A stretch of DNA of 64,000 nt from Lama glama (Eukaryota): assembly GCA_028534125.1 (NCBI GenBank), contig CM052816.1, forward strand, positions 25,546,001-25,610,000, given 5' to 3'. The stretch's first letter is position 1; each line of letters opens with the position of its first letter. The translations under genes were made by a program, and so were the position numbers. This document shows positions 40,701 through 53,975 of this stretch, piece by piece. The notes beneath the pieces are model-generated. The model was not told where the DNA came from, did not search any database, and worked only from the letters and a program-made list of their open reading frames with translations.

Positions 40701-43619
40701 TATGGTCTTAGTTGATAATAAATTACTGTTACGGGAGATTGCATCCTTGTGACAGACGACTCTAGAGCATTCTAACCCCTATTTTCGTAAGATGAGGACT
40801 CATGTTATGCCATTCCATAACTGCACCTGGTGCATGTGTGTGTTTAATTTATAAACATGAAATTGTTACATCTACCCAGCAAAATATTAGAACATATTAT
40901 GGCTCTAACACCGTAGCCACATCTTCTTATCTTCTCATTCCTCCTCCTGCATAAATCATTGCATCTATAGCATGATCTTATTTTCCTCCTGCTCAGGAGG
41001 AGTGAGTGGCTCTTTCTCCCTCTGTGACAAACATACACCCTTCTGCCCGCTTTCAAGCAGCAATCATCCAGTTCTTCAGGAACCGAGTCCACTAAACCCC
41101 ACCACAGTTGGTTTTCCTTTAACTCTGGACTTCCTCTCCCTGAAGTCACATGTCAAGCTAACCAGTCCTCCATCACCTCCCACAGGAAGATGACTTTACT
41201 CCCTTCTTCCTTCCATCTTCTTAAACCATACTCACCCTCTAAGAGTCAGCTTCAGTGCAACAGCCTCCCTATCAGGGACTCCTTCTGGCCTCTTGGATTC
41301 TTTTTTTATTTCTGAGTTTGATAGCTATTATAGTCTGTGTCCCATAATTTAACATTTTACTAAACACCCATCTTTCACTCTCGATTGATGTTTTGTGTGT
41401 TCTAGTTGTAGCTGCTTTGCCTGACTATAATTCTTAAGGCAAGAAACATCTCTCAGAATTCTTGTGTAGCCTATGTTTCTAGATCATATATACCATGTGG
41501 TGTGGAACATCAAATGCGGTTTTAGGACACACCTAAATTCAAGTTCCCAGTTCTGTGAATTTGAGCAGGCTTCTTCACCTCTGTAGTCAAAAGTTTCAAT
41601 TATTAAAAAAAAAAACCTATCAAGAACCTCATTTTTAATGGCTTTATAACATTTTACTTTATGTTTGAACCATTGCTTGCTTCCTCAATCCCCTATTATT
41701 CGACACTTAAATTGTTTTAATTTTTGCAACTATATGTGACGCCCAAGTAAACAGATAAATATTCCTAAAGGTGAATTCCTAGGAAGGAAATTGATGGCTT
41801 AAGGGTATGAACCCTGTGAGCATTTTGGGTAATTATTATCACCTTCTCCTCCAGAAAAGCTGTATCAATCTAAACTGTTCCAGCAGTGTTCAAGATTAGA
41901 TATGCATTTGCAGACTCGCAGACTCTATTTCATGGTTCTGACTTCAGCTGGAGCCCTGCTGAGTGTGTTGAGCTTGCCCAAGCATGACTCCAGTCAGTCA
42001 GCGCTCCAGCTCATCACCAAGTAGGGTTCTGAGAGCCCTGCAGTAGCATTAGCTCCTCAGAGCCCTGGAGCTACCTTTCTCCTTCCTTTCATCTCTATCT
42101 GAGAGACTCATCAGTCTTATCGTTTCATTCAGTATCATGAAATAATCATCACCTTGGCCAGGATACTTTGGAAGTCAGCACTAGTTCTAACAAATGACCT
42201 TCCGCTAGGTTTGGTGGAACATTTATGTTCTGGTGAGAGTAATTCCCATACATACAATCCTGAGTAACCTGTTTGCCAACCTTACAGGACTAAACTACAA
42301 TTTTCTACATTGCATAATCCTTTCATCTCTGAGAAACACATTTCCCTGCCCAGCTAGACCCTTGGTGTTCGTAAAACAATAATAAGCATTTATTCTGGGC
42401 TTTTAATCTTCAAAGTATTTTGTGAACATTAACTAATTAATTTTCACAACACTCTTGTAAGATTAGTAAAGTACTCCTCCTCCCTGAAATAAAAGCCGTA
42501 CCAACATTGAAACATTTGACGTCACAAGAGCCCAGAACCTAATAGTCTGGGAAGAGAAGATTGTTGATTACTAACTCGGTTGTGTGAGTAGAAGGAAGCT
42601 GGGCAGGCTAGTGATTGATGCAGAATCACAAAGGCAGTCAGCAGCAGGGCAGCAATTAGATTTCACTTTGCTGGTGCCCATTGCTCTGCTTAGGCCAAGA
42701 AGCAGTTAGGCCACGGTAATTCAGTCAAAATTCTGTACAAGAGTTAAAGATGTCTGACAAATTCAAGGTCACCTACATACAACCAAATAATGTGAAGGAA
42801 AAGTACAAAGAAAAAGTCATAAATATTCAAATTAATGATAGAAGAAGGAGAAAATGTATCTCAGAAAACAGGCACACCAGGCATTGAATTTAAAGGTTAG
42901 GCATTGATGAAGAGCTTCAAAATATAAATGCAAATGACAGAGTGACTAGACAATGAATCATAAGACGACTGTCCCATGAATTCTTACTTGGATTTATACC
43001 AGTACTATCAAATAATGTGGACTGTTAGGAGCTATGAAATTCTAGAGAGTAGGTAAACATATAGCTTTTAACACTCCTGGGGAAAAAATTAACTTGTTTC
43101 ATACACTGAGGGCATAGGGATTACTTTTGACCTTTATGTCTTGAATAGATAACAAAATAAATAATTCTAAGTTTTGAAACTTTTCCTTATCAGCTAAATC
43201 GTTAACTTCATTGTGCTCCGGTCTCCAGTCTAGGAAGATAAGTGTCATTTGCTGTCATTTTTCTGCTATATGTGGGTAGAGCATATAATGGGCACTGTGG
43301 GGAAAGTGTGCTAGACTCCTGGAAATCAGAGTGATAATAATGTAATGATACATTGGGTATTGAAAATGTTGTTTCCTATGATACTCTGTATTTGTGCCAG
43401 ATATGGTACCTAGAATGTGAACAGCAAAGCCGGCCATATGGTATGAAAGAGCGTGGACTTCAGTAAAGAAGCCCCCATTTTCACTGTAGTACTGCCACAC
43501 GCCAGCAGCATGCCATTGTGCGGGCTGTATACACTCTGTAGGCTCCAAATCCCTTATGTGTTTAATGCGGATAATGACACAGTGCTGGTCAGGACTCTTG
43601 GTTGCAAGTGACCTTTCCT

Positions 43620-45000
43620 TGACTCCATATTCCCTTCTGGCAGCTGCTTTGTTTCTCTGCTCTTCTGAGAGAATTGTTCATCCTTTATCTTCTGGTCCTC
43701 ATTTCCCCACCTTTCTTGAGCTAGCCATGAGTAAGCTCCTCTCTATCATCCTCCATTGAAACTTCTCTTTTCAAAGTCGACTTGGTAAAGCAATATTCAG
43801 CTCTCAGTCCTCACCTTACTGGACTCTCTGTAGCTAGTCCTCAGTGGATATAGTCAAACATCTCCTCGTTGGTTTCTTTAATATCACAATCACCTGGATT
43901 TTCTATGACCTCAATAGTGATTACTTCTTTAGAAATTTTATATATATATATTTTTAATTGAAGTATAGTTGATTTACAACGTTGTGTTAGTTTCTGGTAT
44001 ACAGCATAGTAAGTGATTTAGTTATACTTATGTATATATTCTTTTTCGTTATAGGTAATTACATGGTATTGAATATAGTTCCCTGTGCTATACAGTAGGA
44101 TCTTGTTTACTTTATATATAGTATTTTGTACATGCTAATCCCAAACTTCTGGTTTATCCCTCCCACCCCTATCCCCCATGGTAACCATAAGTTTGTTTTC
44201 TTTGTGAGTCTGTCTCTGTTTTGTAAATAAGTTCATTTAGGTTCTTTAGGTTCCACATATAAGTGATATCAAATGATATTTGTCTTTCTCTGTCTGGCTT
44301 ACTTCCCTTAGTATGGTCATCTCTAGGTCTATCCACATTGCTGCAAATCCGTTGCTTCATTCTTTTTTGTGGCTGAGTTGTATCCCGTTGTATATATATA
44401 CACCACATCTTCTTTATCCAATCATCTGTCAATGGACATTTAGGTTGCTTCCACGTCTGGGCTTCAATAGTGATTACTTTATAGTCTCCTCTACTGCTGA
44501 CTCTTCTTTTTCTGCCTGATTATAAGTGTTGGAAGATCCAAGGACTCTGTTCTTGTCTCTTCCCTTTCTATTCCCACCCCTCTGGGAGATCTCATTGTAT
44601 CCCAAATACAACAAGCACATCTGAATTTCAAAGACATTGTACTTACATTTTGCCCTACTGGGAAAGTCATGCCCCAGATTTTCACATGGCTGGCTCCCTG
44701 ACAACCCAGATCTCAGCTCAAATGGCAGTTCCTGAGAGAAACTTTCCTTGATATTTTGAATAAAGTTGTCTCCACACACTTCCACAAGCACACATATATT
44801 TTCTACTCCATTAATTTTGTAAATTTTTTCAAAGCACATATCACTATCTGAAATTTTATTAATCATGTATTTATTAACCGCCTTCCCCATTAGAAGATTC
44901 CATAGAGCCAGGACCTTATTTTTTTTCTTCTACTCTACACCTCCCACACCTAGAAGGGTTTTAGCCTACTCATGGCACTTATTAAATATTTTTGTAGTAA
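43620..45000 (+). mobile_element. L2 LINE fragments, split by a younger L1 at 43927-44463
   Basis: 'ctcagtcctcaccttactggactctctgtagc' and 'gatctcagctcaaatggcagttcctgagagaaactttccttga'; L2 3' end near 44980. Confidence 0.65.
43927..44463 (-). mobile_element. Cetartiodactyl-type L1 3' end, 5'-truncated
   Basis: 'tttttaattgaagtatagttgatttacaacgttgtgttagtttctggtatacagc...gaatatagttccctgtgctatacagtagg'; perfect 16-bp TSD tcaatagtgattactt at 43911-43926 and 44464-44479. Confidence 0.95.
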
Positions 45001-46249
45001 AAATAAAACTCCAACTCAAACTGGCTTAAGGAGAAATAGAAAAACTAAATGTAACCTAGGAGTTGAGGACCAGATTTCATATAAGGTATTGCTCAAACCA
45101 AGTACACAGGATTGAAACATTAGTGTTATATTAGTGTTACATTAGTTAACATTAGTGTTAGTTTCAGTCTCTTGGCTCAGTTTTCCTCTACATTAGTTCC
45201 CCTCGCAGGCAGATTGGGCAGGAAAAAACGTAACAAGTGGTACCTCCTGAATAATATGATCCTTATTGTTCTAGATCTCAGGATGGAAAGAGCCCTGTGA
45301 AGAGAGACAATGATCTTCCCCCTTTCTTATCTCCAGAACCTAGAATAGTATCTGAAACATAGTGAATGCTCATTAATAGTTATTAAGTGAGTTAATAAAT
45401 GAATAAATGCAGACCTTGTCTCTCCCAGTACCCACATGTCAACTCGTAGAGAAGACTCTGTTGGCCCATTCAAGTAGAAAGGGTAATGCTGAGATATCAG
45501 CTGGGTCCCACGCTCATGTTAGCGGACAGAGTTCCACCAAAATCCCAAATGATGGGTGATGGTCAGCTCCCAGTGGAAAAAGTCGGAAGAGAAGACAAAA
45601 GATTTCTACTACAAATACTTAACTGGTTAGGCTGATTTAAGGATTAAATGAGTTAATATTTGTGAAAAAGCCTGATCCAATGCAGAAAAAGATAAAAAGC
45701 ATTTCAACAAATACCGCTTTCTTCTACCACTTCACAAACTAACCTACGTGGAGCATAGAAGTATAAATTTGTTTTTCATCCACTTGGAAGACTTAGCTAC
45801 TTGAAAAGGGTAAGTCTACAAATTGCTAAGTCTGAAAAGCCAGTCTCAAACAAAGATGCCTTTGAACCTGGAAACATGAGCCATTTGAGTTTTAAGTATC
45901 TATGATTCTCTTTGCCCAAGGAACCTTAAACTTAAATGATGAAAAATAAGTTTTTAAAGGCTTTTGAGTCCATCTAATTTTCTACTCCATGTAGTGTACC
46001 TGCTTCAACATCTGCCTTGGTCCCAGTTCTCTCTTCCTATAGGTAGATGACAGGCAGAACTTCAAATGGAGGAATGCCTGTGGTTTGGACTTCGTTGTGA
46101 AGTCTGTTTTCTGGGTGGCACATTTTAGGGGTGACATAGGCAGCACAGGGGAAAGAATATTTCTGGCTTCACTGAGATTTTATTTTACTAAGAATGTGCT
46201 CTCATCTGTACATATTCATTGCCCTGAATTCTTTTATTTCTCTTGTCAA

Positions 46250-48710
46250 CTTGTTCTCCCAGACAGTATTTTTCACAAAATATTCTCTCCACAAACCTCA
46301 AACGACTACTCCCCATGCTCCAACCTCAACTAAAAGCCTTGCTCTTATTTTTCTAAGGAAATAGAAGTTGCAAAACAGCATTAATGTGTTCCCACCACTA
46401 AATGTACTCTTCTTGTTCTATACAATCTGCTGTTTCAGAAGATGAACTGTCTGTGCTCCTACCAAGGGTCATGTGGACTAATTGTGTACAGGATTTACCC
46501 CTCTCATGGATGCAAGGATATGGTTCTAGCTGGCATTTATTCTCTCTCTCTCCTGCATCTTCAGTTTTCCCTTTGAGTGGACCACTAACTTGAAAGCATA
46601 GTTGCACAGATGCTCTTGATCAGACATTACCTATCCAATAATTGCCTGACTTCTCCCTTTCCCTTTATAGCAATAGCCCTATGAAATAGCTGCATTTTCT
46701 TTCCTCACCTCTCTTTTGAACCTAATCCAATCAGATTTTTGTCCTTACTAGTCTACCAAAACAGTTCTTGTCAAGGTCACCATTGCTAGGTCCTTTAATC
46801 AAACCTCAAGTTCCATCTTACTCTGTCGAAAACCATTGATACACCATCTTTTTTACCTTCTTTTTCCTTCTTGAAATACTTTCTTCACGTTCAGAATAAC
46901 ACTTTCTTCTGGTTGTCCTCCTTGCCCATTGGGCTCTTCCACTCATTTCTCTGCTGGTTCTTCTTCATATTGAGAACCTCTAAATATTCCACTAATCCAG
47001 GGCTCCATCCTCAGACTTATCCTACCTATTTACATCACTGTACATCCATATTTACATTAGGAATTTCATCCAGTAAAATTACTATCCATATGCTAATGGT
47101 AACCAAATACACATCTCTGGTCTCTCACTTTCCTTTGAATTCCAAGCTTTGTGCCAAATTCCCCACTCAACAGCTCTATGTAGAATTGTAGTAGACTTCT
47201 CACACTTCATGTATGTTAAAACTCTCCCAGACTAAATACTTGACCTGGAGAAACCCACACATGCTACTTCTCATATTTTCCATCTCAATTAATGGCAACT
47301 TCATTCCTCAATCTACCAGGACACCTCGATAGCTCTACCTTCAAATATATCCAGAAAATAACCACTTCCCACCACCTCTACTTCTTCACCTACGCCAAAC
47401 CTCCATCATTTTGCATGAATTATTTTAACAGCTCCATTATCTACCGCAGTTGATTCTTTTGCACAGAAGCTGGAGCAGATTCTTAAAAACATAACTCAGG
47501 TCATATTACTCCTCTGCTCAAAATTCTCCAGTGGCTTCGCATTGCTTGCAAAATAGAATCCAAACTCTTCACTGTGAGACTATAGGCCCTCCATGATCTG
47601 GCTCCTGACTGCCTCTCTGACCCTGTTTTTACCACTTTCCCCCTCATTCACTCAAACCTGGTCACACCAGGCTTCGCTCTTCATTGAACGTGCCAAGCTC
47701 ATCTCTACCTTGAGGTCTTTGCATGTACCGTTTGTTCACCTAGAACACTCTGCTCTATAGGTTGCACACCCCAGCTCTATTCAGGCCTCAGAATCCTTCC
47801 TTGATGACCTTATCCAAAGCAATTCCTCTTCTCCCTGCAGGACTCATTTTTCTTTCTGACGCTTATCACTGCATGACCTATAGATTAATCAGTGCCCAGT
47901 CAGGAGACAGAAACCACACCATAGATTTAAACAAGGAAATTTTAATATAAAGAATGGTTAACTAGTAGGAGGTAGTTAACTAATAAAAGGGGTAGAAGAG
48001 GACCCGGAGGGGTCTAGATGTATGCAGAAAGGTAGCTCCTACGTCCAGGCTAAAGAAGGATGCACACCAGAAAGCTAACGGCTAAGAGGACCCCCTTCCC
48101 AGGGATGAGAATCAGATCTTCGCAGAAAGGGCATGGCTTCCACAGGAACATACAGTCCGGCTGAGACCAAGAAGACTTACCAATGGATATGGACTATTAT
48201 TGGTCTTCAGAAGAAATCTCTTGCCAGAGGGTGTGACTGGGCCTGTGTTGCCTGCCATTACAGGAGGGCTCAGAAAGTGGCCCTGGTGGGGACAGTGTGA
48301 CCTAAGGGTGTGGCTGGAATTTATCTGCAGGAACTGCTGGGCTTCTTCACAGAATAATAAAAATGGAGGACGGGAAGTTGGAAAGGAAATATTGTCCTGC
48401 CATTATCACGTTGCCCTGTGACTTCTGTTACTGAAGTTTCACATTCTGCCAGCCGGAAAAGGAGAAATGTTTACAGGATCCAGCTTTAGTATTACAAAGC
48501 AGGACAAAGAAGGGAGGATTTGTAGAGACAATAAATTGATGACTGGGACAACAGCTTTTATCTTTACCTGTTTATTCTCCATTTCCTCCCCACTAGAATA
48601 CAAGGTCTTTAAAAACAATGACTTTATCTTTTTCTCCTTTGTGTCCCAGCATCTAATACAAGTCCCCAGGATAGGGTAGGAATTCAAAAAATATCCACTA
48701 AATGAAACTA
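46250..48710 (+). mobile_element. Long decayed L2 LINE, interrupted near its 3' end by an LTR
   Basis: 'gttcttgtcaaggtcacca', 'tcatattactcctctgctcaaaattctccagtggctt', 'aaatagaatccaaactcttcactgtg'; 3' end near 48700. Confidence 0.8.
47885..48550 (-). mobile_element. Old LTR, LTR78-like
   Basis: 'cagtcaggagacagaaaccacacc...aaattttaatataaagaat' at the left end; 'aaggagaaatgtttacaggatccagct...caataaattgatgactgggaca' at the right end. Confidence 0.65.
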
Positions 48711-49179
48711 TAAATATAGAGCCAGGCTCCAGTCATTTGTTCTTTTTGCTGCCTAGCATCCCTTCCCTCTTTTTTTTTTTTTTTTTTTTTGCCAATTGCA
48801 CCCCAGTTTGCCTCGATAAAATCCCACTTTTCTGACTCTTAGGCCATGCAGGTTTGCAGGTGCGTCACATGCTTCAATGGTGAACACAAGTCCTAAACCA
48901 ATTAATCATTGTATTCCATCATTTAGCCAGTGAGATTCAGGCCCAGATGTTTTCTGAAAGAGCCCTGGATCTTGCGCTTTTCATGACGAGGAAGTAAGTC
49001 TGGGGCTGCTGGCTGAAACCCCAGTCATGGGGGTTTGTCTGAGGTTAGCGCTCACTGAGGTAAGAGCCAAGGAAAAGATAGAGCAATGCGAGATCCAGGT
49101 GACATCATTTGAATTCCTGGCTCCAGCCAGCCACACACTTCTCAGTTACATTAACCAATAAATTCCCATTCCTCCTAGA

Positions 49180-49210
49180 TGTATTAGTCAGGATTCTCCA
49201 GAGAAACAGA

Positions 49211-49268
<58 letters not shown>

Positions 49269-49697
49269 TGATTTATTATGAGGAGTGAGCTGCCATCATT
49301 ATGGGAGCTGAGAAATCCCGTGATCTCCAGACTGCAAGCTTGAGCCCCAGGAAAGCCAGAGAGATGTGATTCCAGTCTGAATCCAAAGACCTGAGAATCA
49401 GGGGAGCCAATGGTATACGTCCCAGTCCAGAGGCGGGAAAAAACCACATTCTAGTTCAAGCAGGCAGGCAAGAAGCAAGAAGGGCAGTTTTCTCCTCCTC
49501 AGCCTTTTTGTTCTGTTTAGGCCTGACAGATTGGATGATGGCACCCATACTGGGAAAGGCCACCTACGACATTACTGACTCCGCTGATTCGAGTGCTAAT
49601 CTCATCCCGAAACACCCTCACAGATACACCCAGAAATGGTGTTGGCTTTGGGCACTCCTTGGCCCAGTCAATGTGACACAAAGAATTAACCATCACA
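49180..49697 (-). mobile_element. MLT2B-like ERVL LTR, full length
   Basis: 'tgtattagtcaggattctccagagaaacagaa...gacacaaagaattaaccatcaca'. Confidence 0.92.
49211..49268. repeat. (ATAG)n microsatellite, about 14.5 units, inside MLT2
   Basis: Read directly from the sequence. Confidence 0.97.
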
Positions 49698-50217
49698 ACA
49701 CCTGTTTGGTTTTGTTTTTCTGTCACTTGCAGCTGAATAAGTTCAGTTATACTTTCTAATTTTCAAAATTTCAGGCTCTTTAGGGAGAATGTCCTTTCCT
49801 TATGCCTTATACCACTTTATCAAGCACCCAGCTTCCCCCAGAAGATACTCTATATGCTCATAAATAATCTTACATCAGTATCTGACAAGTTTTGTCAACT
49901 GACTTTGCATTTGGCCCCTGATCTCCAGCCCGGAATAACTGCTTTGAGATACATTCATCTGTAAAAATGATTGGTCGGAGGAAATAAAATATTCAAACTT
50001 TTAAATTTTCTCCAGACATAGACAAACAGATGAAGAAAGAGCTTGAAACTGACTGGAAACCTTAACATAGCCAAAAATAACCAAGTAGCTACATCAGTAC
50101 TTATCGTAATCCTAGAATCCAGTCAGAGTGGAAGTTTTTCAAGTACATCAGCACAGAAGATAAGAATGACAATGCAATACCTGGCCAGCTGCTTTCTGCC
50201 CGGCACTAAGTGGGTAC

Positions 50218-50590
50218 TGTGACACCCCACCAGAGTCCCACTTCAGGACCAACCACAAACCCCCAGTTGCTGGGAGTATCACCTGCCGATAGACCACAGC
50301 TCACAGCCTCGCTGGACACTGTCTCTCACCACAGGGAGCTGCCTCACTCGAGGCTTCTCTCTTCAGGAAATAATGTGAGGTTGCCTCAGCTGGGATAGTT
50401 CTGCAGGGTTGCCCCAGTTCCAGGGCTCCCTGCAGGGACACCGGAGACCTTGCTTGCAGTCACTTTCTCGGTGCCCAGTGCTGCTTTACTCACTTCGTTA
50501 CGGGTGTAGCCGTAATGGCTCTCCCCAGTATACCTTCTGCAGGCAGTTGTCCACCTCAGACTCTGTCTCCAGGAACCTCATCTAAGAAAG
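50218..50590 (+). mobile_element. LTR16-like ERVL LTR
   Basis: 'ccccagttgctgggagt...gggagctgcctcactcgagg...ccccagttccagggctccc...cctcagactctgtctccaggaacctcatctaaga'. Confidence 0.7.
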
Positions 50591-53500
50591 GTGAAAAACG
50601 AAAAGATGTTAAGAGAAGATGAGTAACGTGAGCCTTTTCATATAAAAAGAAATGAAAGGTGGGACCACACCTACTATAGAGCCCTGCAGTTCTGATTTTG
50701 AAGGCAATGGGCAGGATACCTCTAAAGTACTGACTTCTATAACTGGGAAAGGGAATGGAAATCTTAATATTTAAAAAACTTAGTATTTTAAGTCTGGATC
50801 CACTCCTAACTATTTCTAATACCAAAATGCACTGCAAGTGAATTAAATATCAAAACAACAATAAAAGCAAAAACATTAAGTAGATAGTGGTAGATATACA
50901 GATAGGTGTGTAGGTGAGAAGGAAGGAGGAGGAAAAGAAGAGAGAAAAAGGAAGGAAGGAAGGGAGAGGAGGAAGGAAGGGCAAGAGGAAATCCATGCAT
51001 GTATCAGTTCATCTTGGTGGTTCTGCTTTTCTGACTGAATCATGACTGATACATTACTGAACTGATTTGAACTACACTGAAATCCTAAGCATGAGGGCTT
51101 AAGACTTGAAGACTTGAAAAACTACTGATTTAATAATGGGTGAAAAACATTACAGATAGAGCTCACATTTGTCTGAATATTCCTAAATGAGAAAGATGAA
51201 AATGACAACTCCCCTGGAAATTATACCGAGGATACTGAGGAAAAGCCACAGTCAGTTTCGTGACTTAAGATTCTTCTGTCACCTTAGTTGACTCTTGACT
51301 TCTGATTCTACCTTTGTTTCTCTGTTCCAGTCTTTGAATGAAAGAAAAGACAGACAACTTGGCTAGAATAAGATTGCTTGTACTGGCAGCATCCAGAACC
51401 CCAGATTTTTATCTTTAAAATTTACTTTCTTTGATTTATGTTATTTATTGCTTTAGAATATATACATATATTACATTCCTATTTCCCCAGAGGAGTTGAG
51501 GTTACAGCTAAAAAGAGAAAAGGAATTTGCATCTTTACACAGTGTATAACATAGTGAAAATGTTTCCATCAAGATTACTTCTGATTCAATTTCTTCATAA
51601 CATCTGTTTCCACTGAACAAAAATAATATGCTGTCATGTATCTGGGACACACTCACACTTTCTATTTTCACATTAACAGCACAAAAACTGTCATTGTTAG
51701 CTTGATAGAACTGCCACCAACACCACCTCCAACACAGGGGCGTGCACACTGCAGACTCACAGATTCTTCTTACTCTGTACTTGGAATGTTCTGTACAAAT
51801 TGGCAGTTTTCCCTCACTCATTTCATCCTGTTTTCAATCTTATAATCTGGATACAAAACGATGTTTTTACTCAGACATAATAAAATGCCTCTATAATGAG
51901 AAGCAACATCTTCATTCTCTTCTGTATTTTCCAGATTTTCTACTATGAATAGGTATTGTTCTTCTAAACAAAAAATAGTGACATTTTAAAAAACAAAACA
52001 GTATCAAATTCTTGTCTCTAAGTTGAGGGGGAGAGTGATAATAAAAGAGAGACTTTCAACAAAGTAGAAAAATATGTTCAAAACTGAAACATCTTTTACA
52101 AGATCTCTCCTGATTCAGGACATTCCATTCTTAACAGTCATTTCTACTTAACACCTACATGACCATTTTATATCTAATGATTTAATATTTATGTTGTTTT
52201 ATACATATATTAGATGTACATATGTGTGTATATTGTATATACATTATCCATATATTTCTAACTGTATACTATATATTTAATGTACAGTTGGACATTCCTA
52301 ACAATATCTTTTATTTCTAAAGTGTAGGACGAGAAAAAAATTATTTGTTCACTCTCTCCTCTTACTGTCTCCTTTAAGATTCTCCACAGGCACTGCCAAC
52401 TCCAGTCCTAAATGTCTTATTTTCTTCTCCACCTGTATTTTCAGTCTTTGAGGTAACTTCAACACAAGGCACTCAAACCAGAAACCCACAAGTTGTCCTA
52501 CGCTCTCATTTTCTATATTTATTCTGTTGCCAAATCTTACAAACCCTTTCTCCAAAATTTCTGTTGAACCCAGTTCCTCATCTCCATCCCCTTTGAAAAC
52601 ACTTTAACTCTGGTTCTACCAGTTTGGAGCTGATTCATTCCATGGACTTTCACAATCTGATTATTGGAGAGTCCAATTCATTGAAGTTTAAACCTGAAAA
52701 GGTTTTATTTCTTCAAGTAATGGCCCTCAGCTGTGCTATAGTAAAGATCTCCTTTTTAGACCAGGTTTCTGTAACTTCCTTAAATGTTAGTTCCAAAAAA
52801 ATTGTGTCAACGTCTATTCATCCTTAAAACTCTAATCTCAGACTCCATGCAGTCTGTCACATCTCCACCTTCATTGTTACACGGAACCTGTGATTCCAGC
52901 AGGTTGGAGAAGGGGTGGGAGGTATGGAGGCATCCAGTCTGCACCCACATCCTTCCTTTTAGTTGCAAGCTCATCCGCTGTGCTGAGGCTGGAAGAAGAT
53001 GGGCAAGAGTACAGCCTGCTCCTTGGTTAGCTGCACCTGCTGTTCTCTATGGGCTCAATGACCATGCATGGTGAGGCCAACACTAGGCAGTCACAGTCCT
53101 CCAGTGAGCCCTAGGCAGAGTTGTGCTAATTACATCTCTCCCATGTCTTTGCTCTCTGCATGTCAGAAATCCCATCAAGATGGTGTCTCTGGTCTCATCT
53201 TCACAACACAGTCAAGTCTTGCACATGTTGGCTTGTGCAGGACCCAGTACTCCTACCTCAGGAACTGAGAACCTGTGGGCCCATCCTAACCTCTGTCCTC
53301 TTGGTGGTTCCCTACCACGCTGTGTCTCTTCATTTCTCTTCTCTTTAGACCAATTGGCACAAGATTATGTCAGTAAGTTCAACGGCCAACAAGGCATCCA
53401 AAGGGGGAACAAATACCAGCCTTCCCTCTATGTGCATGTGCACCCAAATATTTAAGAACTGTTCTCTGAGAATCAACTCCCACTTCCTTTGGCTTTAGGG

Positions 53501-53831
53501 AGGGAACAGCCTTCATCTAAGAACACCACACTTCTCCAAAATGCATCAAGACTGGACCCTGTCAATCTGGGCGAGTAGAGGGTACGAGAGGGGATATTGG
53601 CAATAGATGGTAGGACCAGTTCTGACTTGGTCCTGCTCTCTAATAGGCCCAATTGCTGGCAGTTCTTTAATCTTACAAGATGAGGTACTTAATGCTTTTG
53701 TCTTCAGATTCAGTCTAGAGTCACAACTCCTAGACCCGAGAGATGTCTTATCCTACTCCTAATTGATGTTACCATCTACTGTCTTATCCTCGCTCCATTT
53801 ATCATGTATTTCTGGGGAACAATGGAAGAAC

Positions 53832-53975
53832 CTAATTCTCTGAAAATCAATTTTCTGAAAGCCAATTGACAAATGACCAACATGTCAAAATGTTCACGTT
53901 CTCTTTTACCGAAAGCTTCTTTTTCAAAGACCAGTTCACCAAAAATCAATTCACTCAAGGCCAGTTTGCTGAAAG
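53832..53975. repeat. Degenerate 15-bp-period tandem array (9 units, consensus roughly YCAATTYNCYGAAAR)
   Basis: Units start at 53832, 53847, 53862, 53877, then 53901, 53916, 53931, 53946, 53961. Confidence 0.8.

Larger units (their letters stand above)
48730..49750 (+). mobile_element. Old MaLR LTR (MLT1K/L-like) split by MLT2
   Basis: 'ggtgacatcatttgaattcctggctccagcc...ccaataaattccc' resumes after the MLT2 as 'ttttctgtcacttgcagctgaa'. Confidence 0.65.

Noticed and set aside
45118..45161. Short ~11-bp tandem repeat (attagtgttac-like)
   Set aside because: Small local slippage within repeat-derived DNA, with no sign of function.
52850..53500. Possible old LTR or exon
   Set aside because: Moderately GC-rich, but I could not assign termini, family or splice structure.
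53832..53975. 15-bp array as CRISPR-like
   Set aside because: No unique spacers, degenerate units, no cas genes, and the context is mammalian.
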